Origin: Raillietiella orientalis
Taxonomy: Eukaryota
Direction: 5' to 3'
Assembly (NCBI GenBank): GCA_036172245.1
Contig: JAYWIR010000028.1
Span: 124,001-188,000 of the forward strand
DNA: 64,000 nt
In this document: piece after piece, positions 38,365 to 51,369 of the stretch
How the letters are laid out: every line of letters begins with the position of its first letter
Numbering within the stretch: the stretch's first letter is position 1
The notes under the pieces: generated by a model
Seen by the model: only the letters and a program-made list of their open reading frames with translations
Told to the model about the DNA's origin: nothing
The model's database searches: none
Made by a program: the position numbers and the translations under genes

Positions 38365-41149
38365 GGGGGGGGGGGATACACTGGTCGCGCGGAGTTGGGC
38401 GCCTGCAGAATGCCGAGTCAAGAAAAATGCCCAGGATGCTTTTCTGCGGTTGGCAGAAGGAAAGAAGGTAACAAAATCTGTGTGGTTATTCCCGAAAGCC
38501 TTCGTCTCGTCATTTCTCCGCCTGATTGAGGTGGGCGGGCTTTTGAGGGAGGGAGAACTGCCAAATTCGGTTCGAGGTCCCAATTAACGCAGCTTGCGTG
38601 ACCTTTTGGGTAGCGGAGGTGCCAACGAGCGTCTGTGCGAAGAGCTTCGGTTTCCGACGCGTTCGTACGTTTTCGAGGCGCTTCGGTACGTGGGATCGCA
38701 TCAACGTGTGCACGCGTAGGGACCAGCGGGATCGTGGGTCAGTCCGGAGGAGTCGATGAAGCTCGAGCACGTGGATTTTGGGAACGGTGGGAATTCATCT
38801 TCGAAACGGAAGCGGTTGCACCTCGAGATGCTGGAAAGGCAAAAGCGGCTGCGTGGAAACGGACTCGCGCTGGTTGACCGATGATTGGAAGCGTAGGAAG
38901 ACGCTGCGTGGTGGACCGTGCATCACCGGCTGCCGGGAGAGGAATCCTCCGGGAGTTTGCAACCGGGGAAAGTGGCTGCTCCGGGGCGAGTGCGTCGAAA
39001 GTTGAGGACCGCACTCGATGGAAAAAATCCAGTGGGAAAACGAACGAGGTGAAGGAAGGAAAAGCGGCGACGGAACCTCAGCCACTTCCGATGGACGCGG
39101 TGCATCTATTCATTCTGTCTTCGCAGTTAAATGGGATGCCTTTTCGCTTTATTTAACCCCTCGTCTTACGCATGCTTGCCATATCGACGTTCATCTCGCC
39201 GTGCCCACCCATTAGCTTGTGTGAGGCAACCACCCAACTAGGCATGATGTAGTGCCTGTGGTAGGTGCACCTCCCGGGTGAAAAAATTACGTGGGACTTT
39301 GGAGTGCAAGAGCTTGAATGCGAGGCCGCACCCAAACAGCGCGTGCAGCGGCAACTTCGAAGGCAGTCCGAAAAGAAAAAAAAAGGGAAGAAAAGACAGA
39401 CACTGCTGAAGAGATAAGCAGCGTGGCTGAAAGGTGCTGCCACAAAAAAGCTGACTGAGTAGTAAGCATGGGGGGTCTGCTTCCGAGCGGAGTTGTCATC
39501 CGAAGGAGGACGTGGGGGCGCAGGCGTGGATCTCCACGTAGGACGTCATTCAGCCCCTGTGTGGGGATCGACCGCCCACTTCGTGTGTCACAGAAAGCAA
39601 AGGGGGAGGAATCCGTGCAGCTGCGTTTCGTCTCCCAAAGCGGTCATCTCCCGTTTGCAGCTTTTTTTGACGGAGTGCACACGGAGCCCGCGTTAGGTGG
39701 CGAGCAGCACGCCCGGGTAGAAGAAGAGCCGGAAACCGGCAGCAAAGTCATCAGGGGAACAGCTGCGCCCCAACATGCCTGCGCCCAAGAAAGAAGAAAT
39801 AATCCTCAGCCTGTGTTTCGGAAATTTGAAGAAGGTTTTGCCATCATAAGTGTGTTATGAGTGCTGAGCCGGTCCGACAGTCCTGCGGTCTACAGGAAAA
39901 AACGAAAAACGGGAGACCGACTGTGTCAACGGCAGAGCCGAGCTTTCGAGAAGAGATGGGATTGAAGGCAGTGTGGCTGGAACTTTACGAGAGGGCAGTG
40001 CCAAGAGAGATATGCAAGAAGCATCTGGAGCCAGCAACTTGAAAGTTTTTTTTTTTTTTCTTCCACTCCAAACGAAGATGTTTTTCTCGCGTTTAGGTGA
40101 GAGCTGTGGGCTGTCGCGCGTTTCCGACCGAAGTGCAAGGGCAGGTCGCGATTTGCTGCCGGCGCTCGGTCGAATGAGCGCCACGGGGCGGAGCGTATGG
40201 GATTCTGAAAACGCGGCGGGCTCATGTCCAGAATGGCAGCGGTGGGTTGAGATCCGGTGAGGAGCATCTCGAGCGGAATAGCGAGTGCCTCGCTCCCCAC
40301 ATCCCTCGTCCGTGGAGCGTTGTTGCTCCGTTGCACTTGCCGTTGGAAACCACCCTTGCGTCAGAGATTCTGGTGGCCCTGCCTTGGAATGCATCGAAAG
40401 GCGGCATGCGGAACTTCAGACCGGCGGGAATGGGCGAAGTCGCCTTGGGGAAAGGGGAGTGCCGACGTATCCTGCCGGCTTCGCGTGGTCGCGGCGTCTC
40501 GGCAACGGAACGCACCGTTGCAGCGAAGGCGTCAGAATACCGCAAGGACTGGGGGCTCTCGCCAGGACCATGGCACGCATTCCTCAGGGACTCCGAACCA
40601 CGTCCCTGTGCGCACCCGAACACTCCAAGCGAGAGGAAGTCAGGGTTGGCAAGTAGCACCTTCCGGTAGCGCGGCAGTCAGCCGAAAGGTCTCATGGGAG
40701 GCCATCGGGTGGGCCCATCTCCATGGCCCATCCGTTTCGATTCCGAGCTTTGCGTCTCATCCCCACACCTTTGCACTGCGTAGGATGGTCATCCGCCTGA
40801 ACTGACTGGGGTCAAGGTTCTTTCAGATTTCCGCCGTAGGATCATCGTCTCTGTCCATTCCTCTAAACGAAGGTGCGATCCTCTCCGGGGAGGAGGCTGA
40901 TTCGATCGTGGCCGTTGACCTAACCGATGCATTCAGCATGTTGGGCCATGCGAGAGATACATGGCGTCGTTCGCCTACATCCCGAATCTTTGCTTCCTCA
41001 GCAACCTCTCATCTTCTTGAGGAACGACGAGATGGCAGCACGCACTCGAAAGGCCCTTCGGAAGAGTTGGGCTAGGGTTGGGCTGTCATTCCATGTATCG
41101 TCTACTCATTCGAAAGCTCTCCAGCCGCTGGACCTGGAAGGACGTCAGG

Positions 41150-41760
41150 CGGAGGGAAGAAAGGCAAGTGAGGTCAGCCGGCGGCGCTTCCCTTGTCGAC
41201 CCCGAAGGAGTCCCTGCGTTGACTTCGAGTCTCACTTGCCGTCGGATTCGGGGAGCGATGGCGTCAAGAGAGCTTGAGACCCCGAGGCTCTAGGCGGAGC
41301 GTATCAGGACGAAGCTGGCGCGTGTGTTCCAGCACCCAGTTTCCCGGCAACGCCTTCTGAGGTCATCGACTGGTGCGTCGACTGCGTGGGAATCGCAGCG
41401 GGGGAGGGTCCCCCGACTCAGCTTTCGGGCCCCGTTTCCATCAAGTGCCTCGCCTGGCTCCTTCCACTTTGGCACCACGTTGCTTCTCTTGTCCATGACC
41501 ACCAAGGATGCTGCGACGAGCTCTCGTTACGAACTCCGGCTCTTTGGAGGAGCGACAGGAAAGCCACTACCCGTCGATGTCTGCTCTCCCCGCGCCGTCT
41601 CATCCCCCATGGCGGCTGCCGGATTCCCGAAGGGGCCAGCAGCTTCCGGTGTGAGGACTGGCCTTTCCTCCCGAAGCGCCAAGTCGGATCAGATTTTCTC
41701 GTCGATCCCAGGCCTTGGGCAGCTGGACGGCCTCCACTGGCGTGCCAGTCTCGTCAATGA
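41150..41760 (-). mobile_element. Decayed RTE-clade LINE RT fragment
   Basis: Minus strand, collinear: VEAVQLPKA/PGIDEKI (cf. EVE.AIKQL..KAPGID.I), KRSNVVPKWKEPGEALDG (cf. WRKS.IVPI.KGKGDALEC), RCRE..ASFV (cf. EKYRE..AFVDL), SLGVS, DSFGVDKG (cf. DSFEV..GVRQG). Confidence 0.5.
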
Positions 41761-42899
41761 TCATTTCCAGCGCGTCGCAGTGCTTCCTGGTGGCGGGGAT
41801 CAGAGTATCCCCCACGTCGGTCTGGTAGGTGTGGTGGTGGCTCGCTTTCGCCGCCTTGGGGATCCACTGCGCGCCCTTCCCGGGAACGTTTGTGTTGCCC
41901 GCGTGTGCGCTGGCCCTCCGTGATGCGCGAGGGGGTCGGCACAGCCTGCGAACCTCAGACGCTCTCCGCCGAGGAAGAAGCGGCTCGGCACGCGATGCTG
42001 CAGGACGTGGTCGCCCTTTGCTCCGGGTGCTTCGATGGTTCCCTTTTCCACAGGCGGCAGCCGCATTTCCCTGCGTTGGACCGTCGACGAGCAGGAGGTG
42101 GATTCGCTCCTCGTGTCTCGGTCCGATGTGCATCCTCTTAGGAAGAGGGGCAGCGAAACCGAGTCTCGAGGTTGCCAAGGTGGAAAAAAAAAAAAAAAAT
42201 TCCTGGCGGAGAACTCACGGAATTCCAGTTTTTTTTTTTCTTCTTTTTCGATAATCTTTCTCTTCGAGAAGTTTCAGCTCGGAATTTTCTGCTGCCCGAC
42301 TCATATGAGCTAGCCCATCTGACGAGTCCAGTACACTTCCCGGGACGGTGGAGGCCACCGCGTACCATCCTGAGGCTGGCCTCAGGTTACCCAGGCCCTT
42401 TCGACTTTCCAGTCCTTTCAGCACCTCCTCGTTGCCACGCGACGAGGGGTCGATGGCTCGTGACGAGACGAGTGCATCCTCTCGTTCCAATGCGAGGAGC
42501 AGGCAGCTGAAGATCGGGTGGGGGTCGCACCAGTTTCCTCTTCTCCTGGCGTCGCGTGTCCTGTTGGGCACGGTGGGTCGTGCGCGCCCGCGGACGCCTT
42601 TCTTCTTCACAGCGCACATTCCTGAGATCCTCCGGAGCGACCACGGGACGCGTGACCGATCCGCAGCTTGCAGCTGCATGCTCTGAGGTCTGAATTATTG
42701 CCGGCTTAAGATAACGAAGGAGGAAACGGAGCTTTTCTCCCGCTCTCACAGGGATTTTCCAGCGATTTCGATTCTGTTTCGTTGCCATACGCAGGCGTTG
42801 CTAAGCGCCGATGCAGCACGGGCTCCTTTTCGAGGGAGCAACCACGGAGTTGGCGCCGATCGGAGCCTCAGCACGCGGCAGCGCAGCGAAAGGTGGATA

Positions 42900-43050
42900 T
42901 CGACAAAACTTTCATCCGCTCGTCTCAATTGGCACCCCAGCAACAACCCCGCTGGGCGACGCGCGTTCTTTTTGACTTCTTCCTCTCTTTGGAAGCGGGA
43001 AGTCTCAGTCTCTCGCGTTCGATCCCTTCGCAAGAAACTCGGCTGTCTTG
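42900..43050 (+). mobile_element. Possible L2/CR1 LINE 3' end remnant
   Basis: AGRRAFFLTSSSLWK resembles the L2 C-terminal GRRAFS.A...LWNSLP motif. Confidence 0.3.
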
Positions 43051-44912
43051 TGCGCACACGCTGGGGCGTTTTCTTCCTGAAGTGCCCCCGTGCATTATCC
43101 AGGAAAGCCTTTTCGTGCCACCACCCGCCACTCGTGACCTCGGGAGCAGTGCGCACGGCTTGAAGATCGGCTTTCAGGAGAACATCTGCCGGATCCAGTG
43201 AGTGTGCCGGTGACGCGTGAAAGTCCGACTGAAAATGCTCGTCTGGCTCCGTGCTCAAAAATGCTCACGAAGTGCCTTGCTCCGTATCCATAGAAACGAA
43301 ATCCCCGAGCGTGTTCCCGCGTTCCCTCCCCCGCTTCCGTCTTCCTTGCGCACGTTCCGCCACTCCAAGGACATTCACTGGAGTTGGTGAGTGGTTTCGA
43401 AAAACCTTGGCGGGGTCGTGATGCGAAGACCGAAGCAAGAAGAGCTGCACTACCGTTAGAATTCAGCCTGGAAACGAAACTGAAACGTCACGCGTTTCCA
43501 GAGAAACATGCGAACGAATTTGGATTTCCGTAAACCACTCGCATTACATCCAGGGAAGCCTCCTCGGAGTTTCGAAGTGGCTTATGACGCAAAGCTGAGG
43601 GACTTGTTGCTGCCTAACCGTTCTATCCATTCGGAGAAACGAGGATGCCCAGCCTCTCCCGCCTCCGGGATCCCTCACCAAGGCAGATGTAGCTTCTTTC
43701 TGGCTACCCGGGCGGCCTTGTTTCCACGTGCCCTTCGTCCACCGGGGATTCATTCCTCAGTCCTCCGTCCGTGAAGTGGCACGCACCTGACCGTGTTTAT
43801 CGGGGTAGAGGAGGCCACGAGGCGATGACAGTCTCAAGGTGTTCACTCGGGCCTCACATTGCGGTCTCGGTCGCCCCCTTCGTACCCCCCGGGACCGCGC
43901 GCTCGGCCGGCTTCCCGGGACGCAGCAAGCCCGCCGCCCGCGCGCGTCCATTCGCTCCCGGCTAGTGTTGGCCGCTGCTCGTCGCGGTGCGGGACGGGCG
44001 GAGACCATTCCGCGGCGGTGCCCTCGAAGACCTCCCGAAGCTGCGCCCGTCACGACGGACATGGTTCCCTCCCCCCCCCCCCTTCCTTCTCTCTCTATCT
44101 CTCCAGATGTCCCGCGTCCGGATGCGCCTGCGCCAACACCTTGAAGATGCAGGTGGTGTCCGACCCTCCTTCCTCTTCCGCTTCTGTTTCTCGTCCCCTC
44201 GGGTGACGCTTGCCCGAACCTCACCGGGCGGGCCCGAGCCGCCGCGCCTGGCGACACTCAACCGCGCAGGCGCTTGAATTCCGTGCGAGACGGCGGTGTG
44301 CAACGGTCGTTTATTTCCGTCGACGCACACGAGATGGCATTGCGCGGTCGTCGCGTGGAACGCCACCGAGACGTCCACGAGCAGTCGAGCACGTCGCCAT
44401 TCCTTCGCAGCGATCCCGGAACGTCCTCCGACCGGCGGCTTCCTCTGAGTCTTCCGGTTTGCTTTTACTGGTTGAGATGGGCGTCGAATCGTCGTCGAAG
44501 CAGCCTGGCTTGCAGGCCGTCGACTTCGGTTCACGCTTGACGCGCGCGCCCTGAGCGCCTCCTCGCGGCGAACTTTCATCTTCAGTTCCCAAATCCCAAA
44601 CGCCGATTCCTCGGTGATGGTATGGGGGGTGAACGCGAACTTCCTGTTCGAAACGCGCGCGTTGCCAGATGGAGCCAAGTCACCTGCTGATAGATCCGCG
44701 GATCGCAGAATAGCAAGTCGCCTGCTCATTGTAGCTCATTTGTTGTTGTTTTGCGTCTTGCAGGGGCGGCTGCGAGCTCGAAGATTCCCTGAGTTGTCGA
44801 GAGCAGCGGTTCGCGGATCAAACCGCGTCCACCCTCATCTCCCGTCCACAGCCGTCTTCGACCACCCTGCCTGCGGCAGCTTTTGCTACCCGTGACCTGA
44901 ACCCGACCTGCC

Positions 44913-47900
44913 ATGACTTTTCGCCTCGATGATCTATTGGAGCACAAGAAGCAACCGACTCCCATCCTAGATCTGTCCAAAGCGAAGGTCAGGACGAAGG
45001 AGGACTTTGAAAAGTACTTCCACCGCGTGCCGGACTACAAGGTCAAGCCTCTAAAGGTCAGCCCCATCCTTTGCCTCTCGCCCTCGGTCGCTCTGCTCCG
45101 GGAGAGCTCTGCGCTGACGGATGGCCGTGGAAGCTCCGGCGGCCCGATCCCCACGGGGACTTCCTCGACTGGGTGGTGCTGCAGCAAAGGCGCGGAGGAC
45201 CTGCGTCCGGTCCGTCGAGGGACGAGGGGGGAATGTCGGAGATTTCTCCCAGCTTCCCGCCCACGCTTTGTTCCAGAGCCCATTCGGCACCCCAACCTCT
45301 TGGAAGCTCAATGCCGCCACGCGGACATGGGACCGGTCAGGGCCCCTTGCCCGTGGAACCCTGGGAGCTCTGTCGCTCCTTCTGCTGTACCGCTGAGATC
45401 CGATCCGAAAGGGGCGACGACCCAGTTCTGCACCCTCGCTTTTTTCCGCGCTCTCTTCAGAGGGGCATTTCGGACTACCGCAGGGGGTGCCCTTTGGTCG
45501 TGTGAACGAGGACGGCTCGGCCCTATGAGGACAGCACATCGTCCCCGGAGATGCCGTGGTCGGCGTTCATAACGGCTCCTTCTGGCTCGCGGGGGGAGCC
45601 TGCAGCTGCTTCTTCCCCTCCCCTCCCCTAGAGAAGGGGGGGTGGGGAGGAGAACGCAGGTCAGCAGCAGGACTCCACTCATCCATGGTCGAAGCGGCCC
45701 ACGAGGCTCGGGTAACGCCGTGCCCGAATATTCCCTGCTCACGGCAGCGCTCGCGTCTGCCCTCTGCAGTGGCCACCGGGGAAGAGGTCGTGACTCCCTG
45801 CGCTTGGCTGGGCGATTCCTCCTCCAGGCGTGCGACGCGCGTGCGTGGGTCCTCTGGGGTGGGTGCCTTCCACTGGTCATGGCGGGGAGAGTTGCAGTCG
45901 CCCTCTCCACGCCCCTCGCTCTCTCTCCCGTAAGTGTCAGCGACCTTCACCTCGGACGACAAAGCGGCAAGCCCTGGCGGGTCACCTCCGGGAGATCCGA
46001 CCGCTAAGGGGCGCGGGCACTGACCAGAAGGTGGTAAGCGGCGTGTTCCCGCCTTACTCCCAACAGTGCTTAAGGATTCCTCCTCCGGGAAGACCAGGCG
46101 AGTTGTCGGTACTGCAACAACAAGCGAGGAGGGAGCCATCGGCGTGGATGACGATCCCGAATGTGTTGGCGCTCACAGCAGAGCGCCCGATCACCACAGA
46201 GGGGGCTTATCCAATCGGGAGGGGGCGGGGGTCGAATGCTGTGCAAGGTAACCTTCGGTTGGCCGAACAAGCGTCGTGCTGGAAGCCATTGGAACGGCGG
46301 AGCACAGCCAATGGCGTTTCCGCGTGTTATGTGGTGGAACGTCCCACCAGCTAACGCGCATGCGGCGCCAGCACGGGGGGCTGCACAGATGCAAATCCTC
46401 TCTGAGCGCTGCAGCAAGGCGCGCGCGTCAAGCGTGAACCGTCAAGCGTGGTTCCTTCAGGAGAAGGAATTCAGGAGTGGTTCCTTTACGGTCCCCATCG
46501 GAACCTTCCTGGATTAACCAGGGTGGTCTCTAAGGGGCTATCCCTCTGCACCTACCCGCAAGCGGGCGTTGACCGTGTTGCGCGCCCTCACGTGGAGGCA
46601 TCGTCAATCCTCTCTGATGCTACCCCTGGGGGCGAACGGTTCTTCGGACCTTGGCGAGCCGAGGAAGAGGGGAGATCAATTTCCTCGGGAATGAGCCACA
46701 ACAGAAGCAAGCAGACCGGACCTCGGGTCGCGCTGCCCCCCCTTTTCCCACGCTCCTCTGCGAGTGCCCCTTCCAAGACCCCTCGTCCGGGAGCGCACGT
46801 ATTCAGCCTCCTTACGCGACCGCGCCCTTTTTGGACGGCGCCTCCTCCGTCCCACAAGTCTCTCTCCTCCACGCAGGTGTCGGACGAGGAGATGGTGGTC
46901 AACGACGGCAACTTCAGCTTCCACCCCTCCAGGCAAGAGATCCTGCAGAGCCAAGGAGAACCCTCGTTGAAGGTGAAGTTCCCCCAGTCGCAGACCGAAG
47001 GCGTCCAGGAGGGCTACAGCTTCCTGAACCCCATCCCGGTGGCCATGCAGAACCTGCAGCTGAAAGACCTCAGCACGATCGACATCGACTGGAGGATGCT
47101 CACTTTGATCCGTCCCGAATCCAAGAGGGAAGAGGAGATCTTCGACAGGTGCCTGGCGCTGCCTCCCGGGTTCCCCGGAGAACGTGGGGTTTTCCCCGTA
47201 CCAGAGGTGACGGGGTTCGTGGCCGCGCGCGGGCGTGGTGAGGACGGCGGCGCGGCGTTCGCTCGGAAGGAAGGGGTGGGAGAGAGGAAGAGGAGCCGGG
47301 GCAGAAGAATGGTTCCGTGGGATGGACCGCAAGCCCTTCGGGACGGCCCACCAGCGGAGCCGAGTGGGTTGGGGACCCGTCGGGAAGCCCCAAGGTACTG
47401 ACCCGCGCTGCAGGAGAGCGCAGGTGGTGCCACCTGACCTGCTTGACGGGTGGCGCTCGGAAGGGGGAGGGGCGGATTGCCGTCTGGGAGTGCCGGACCA
47501 AAAGACCTTGCCTGGCGGCTCTTGCTCACTTGGTGGCCAGAAATGGGGCTGAACCGCGGACCGCGGTCGGTCGCGTCCTCCGTCGCGATGGCAAAGACTC
47601 CAGACGTCGGTTCCGACATGCGCGCCGAGGGACGGCGGCGCCGCTCAAGGGGAGGAGCAACCGGAAGCGCTCAGGTGTCCCTGAAGGAAGAAGCGAACGG
47701 GCTCGGAGTCTCCCTCGAGTATGCGCGCACCTGCGGATGGAACGGAGGGCCATCTTTCCTAATAGATGGCATCGCGCCATTCCGGGGGGGAGTGCTCCCA
47801 AATGGTACTCACGGAGGAACCTTTTCGGTACTCGCGGCCGCCTCCCCCCGTGGTGGTGGTGGCGCTGTTCGTTTTCAGGGGCGCGTGCGCAGCGTCTCCT

Positions 47901-48916
47901 CGAAAAGCGAAGAGCGGAGCCACGGCGACCGACGCGCCGCAGTGCCCGGCTCGGGGGACGCGGCTTTTCCGCTGCTTCCTCATCAGCGATATTCCCCTCG
48001 CGCTCGAGTCCGTCCCCGAGGCCGCCGGTCTCCCGCGCGCCGTGGTCGCAGCAGCGACGGGAGGAGCCAGGAAAAGCGTCCGCTCCTGCCCTCCCGAGAG
48101 TGGTCGCCTCTCGGTGGCCGCTGGCGGCGACGACGAACGGCGGAGCTTTGACGGCGGCAGCACCGGAGAGGAGGTGCGCTCGGCGCGCCTCTCCCGAAGG
48201 GATCCTGCGCGCCCACTGCACGCTCCGGGAGGACCGGCGGCGAAGCGGCAAGCCCAACGGTGACTTCCCCGCGCCGCCGAACGTTTCGACACGGCACGAG
48301 CTGGTGGGCGAAAAAAGGGGAGGGGTGGCCGCCGCGCTGAGCCAGATCGCCTCCTTGCGGCCGCGACGGCGCCAGCCGTTCTAATCCCTCCTACGCGACG
48401 TGACGAACCCGCTGCGCGGGGTCGCCAGCCGTCATCCCTTCCTCTCCGGACTCGAAGCCGCGGGAGCCGTCCCGGATGCGACTGAACGCCACGCGGGAGC
48501 AGCAGCGCCGCGAGGCGGCGGGAGCTCCGGATGCACCTTTCCCCTTCCCTCTTTTTAGGATCGTGCAGCTGAGTAAGCTGAAGTTCCAATCCAGGAAGTC
48601 CGAAGGGCACCACAAGTTCGCGCTCTCCCAGGAGACGAAGATGAAGAAATCCAGGAGGGCCGTTTCCCGGGACGCGAGGGTCCCGACGTGCAAGGAATGC
48701 GGCGTGGAGCAGTGCCAAGGGGCTTGCAGGATGCACCACTACGAGGAATTCGAGAGGCAGGAGCGCGAGGAGAAATCAAACAAGAAGGAAGAAACTCTCC
48801 ACGCCCAGTTCAAGCTGCTGCAGAAGGCCACCAGCCTGAAGCTATCCACGGGCAAGGCCGGGCACCGATCGGGCGGCCACAGGAAGAAGGGCAAGGGAAA
48901 ACGGAAGCGCAATTGA
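44913..48916 (+). CDS. Uncharacterised 257-aa basic protein with a CxxC-x4-CxxxC motif and Lys/Arg-rich tail
   Basis: Exons 44913-45056 (gccATG; donor GTCAGC), 46877-47148 (pyrimidine tract + CAG; donor GTGCCT) and 48559-48916 (ctttttAG). Phases 0 and 2 match across both junctions. Third codon positions are strongly C/G-biased and the amino-acid composition is normal, unlike the flanking spurious ORFs. Protein: MTFRLDDLLEH..PDYKVKPLK|VSDEE..PIPVAMQNLQLKDLSTIDIDWRMLTLIRP..EEEIFDR|IVQL..TCKECGVEQCQGACRMHHYEEFER..KKGKGKRKRN. An upstream acceptor at 44763 suggests a non-coding 5' exon. Confidence 0.8.
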
Positions 48917-51369
48917 GCCAGGCGGTTTTTGGTGGAGTGCCTCCGAACTGTTTGCAACTTTCTTTTCGTCCCGGGGCTCCCGACACCACGGCGAGGCGAC
49001 CGCCGCACGAAGGCACAAAGGTGGAGGGCAAGGATCGGGTGGGCGCGCGCCGACCGTTCTGGATTTGACCCATTAAGGAGCGACCTCAACCAGGCATACG
49101 GGCGCATCGTGTCGCGGTCATCTCGTCAGGGACATCGTCCCGATCTCAGCAGGTCGCCGCGCCTGGCGGAAGCAGCGATCGGGGACGCGTCGACGATATG
49201 GCGCACCACGGGTCACGGAGGAGCGAAACGGGGCGGTGTCTGCGCAGCCGAGCTGCTGCGGGGATGACCGCAGGCAAGGAAGGACAGCAGCACGCCGGCG
49301 AGAGCTCACCCACCGGCGTTTCGATCGAGGGCGGGCCGCGTGCTCTCCCGTTTTTCCGCCACCGTCCGGTAACGACGGCCCGAGTCGCCGAGGAACCCGA
49401 TCTCTGGAGCGCAGGCCTGCAGTCACTAAGAGCGTTGCTGTCTGCCCAGGGGCAGTCTGAATCGCCAAGAGAGTGCGGAAATGGGTGGCGGCGGACTCGA
49501 AGGACGTGAGGGTGTCAAATCGAATCCCCGGATTTTCGGATCTTCAGACCCAGAGGGACATGCCCGCCTTCGGATGCTGGGAAAAAATGGCTGCTGCGTT
49601 CGTCCGCGCGCGCAAGCACGCGTGCGGTGCTCGCGCCAACCGTTGCAGCGGTGTGCCCTTTCCTTCACGAGCTTTCCCGATCGCCTTGAGGGCGCTTCGG
49701 CTCCTCAGCATCTGTGGACCCTCCAGTGAAGCGAACGTGGCGGCGCCTCTGGAGAACCGTCCTTCCCGCTGCTCTTTTCCGGGTTTTCCTTCATGGCTTG
49801 GAAGTCAGCGGAGGGGGCAGTGCAACGGAGAGGGGGATCTCGTCGGTTGATCACCCGGAACAGCAGGGTTCCCTAAAGGAGTGGTACTTTTCCGATGAGA
49901 TGTCCTCTTCCCATCTCGAGGTCAACATGCGCGGCCGTTTAGGAGCCAACCGCATCCAAAGGCGGAGTGCTGCTTGACGTCAGCGTTCCGTTCCCCCTTC
50001 CCCTCCTTTCCCTCCAGGATGAGGGTCGAAGCCCCTCTTCTCTCTCATGACTGCTATCGGGTTAGCACGGAGTTCACGGCACTTTTTCCGCCGATGTGGT
50101 CACCTGGCGACTATCGGGTACTTCCCTCCTTGCCTTTCCTGCTGCCCCGGGACGCTATCTCTTCCCCTCTGCTGCTGGGTGCGCCGACATTTTCCTTCAG
50201 CCCGTCTAGAGGAGTGGGATGAAGGGATCTGCGGTCTCAACCTGAACCTCGTCGCTTCTCCACGCGGGGCGCGCGGTCTGGAAGAACGGAAACGGTCCGA
50301 AGGCGGGGGTGGCGAACCGTCGAAATCGGAGGTCGCGCTGGAGAAGAGCTGCTTCCTCCGCCAGCACCGGGGCCAACCCAGCTGCTGCAGAGAACGGACA
50401 TTCATTTCTCGACACGCGCGGACGTCTGGTGGTGCCCTGCCTTTCAGTTTTTTCAAGGCTGCCGCGACTTTTCAAGGCGGACGCTCAAGGAGCTCTCGAA
50501 AATCTGCGTGCGCATGCGCAGACGTTTGTGGGAAGGGAGCGAGCAGAGTCGCGAGGCGCAAAAAAAAGGGGGTTTCATCACAGCTTGAGATTTTCCCACC
50601 CCTTTCCTCCCCCATCTCTCCCAGTTCCATCGCCGCCTGGAACTCTCCCTTGTGGCTGGACCGGTTTCCTTCTTGGTAACTCCTGAGGGATTCCCCCGTT
50701 TCCGTGACGTCCGCGACGGGAAACTCGGAACGTTCTGCAACAGAAGGTCGGGAGGAGATGCCGTCCAAACCTTCGTCGAGGATTCCGGAAAATTCCCGCG
50801 TTTCGAATTTTCGGGATGAGGCTGCTTTTCCAGACTGACTGTGCAGATGGCAGGCGAAGGACTCTGTGGAGCGGGGGGGAGGGGGGAAGGAGAAATAGGA
50901 ACAGGGAGTTTCACCTGGACGCCTCCGATGACCACCGACAGAGTCTGGTTGCCACCGGAAGAGCCTCCCTGTGCAACGACAGACTTCTTCCGCTTATATG
51001 GCTGAAGTGAGAGAGATGCAGTCGTCTTCCTCGCTTCCAAAGCGCAGGCGCAGAATTTCCGGAGTGTCTACGTGAGCTTTCCGTCGGAACGGGTCTTCTG
51101 ACCGGATGACTTTGGTCATCCCCAACCGAGAACTACGCGGACACCAGTTTCCACGCGTCCTCGAGCACGGGAGTCGAGATGAAAGCTGCAGCAGCGGGAA
51201 GCGGCAGCTTCCAGTGGTTCCAAGCAGCTTCCAGTGCATTCTAATTTTGTTCCCGCCCCTCCTTTGTCTTTCAGGAGCGAGGATTCGCTGTTTGGACCGT
51301 TTCCGAGTCTCCGTCATTCCCTTCAGGTTCTTCGCTCTTGATCACCCTTTCGAGGAATTTTCTCGTCCT

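Noticed and set aside
47149..48558. Several 200-355-aa ORFs on both strands
   Set aside because: They lie mostly within the GC-rich second intron of the 44913-48916 gene and have junk-like composition.
51060..51170. Minus-strand PRSSRLGMTKVIRSEDPFRRKAHV, resembling the BEL/Pao C-terminal domain
   Set aside because: A single short motif. The adjacent sequence is better explained as the plus-strand RTE endonuclease, and no LTRs were seen.
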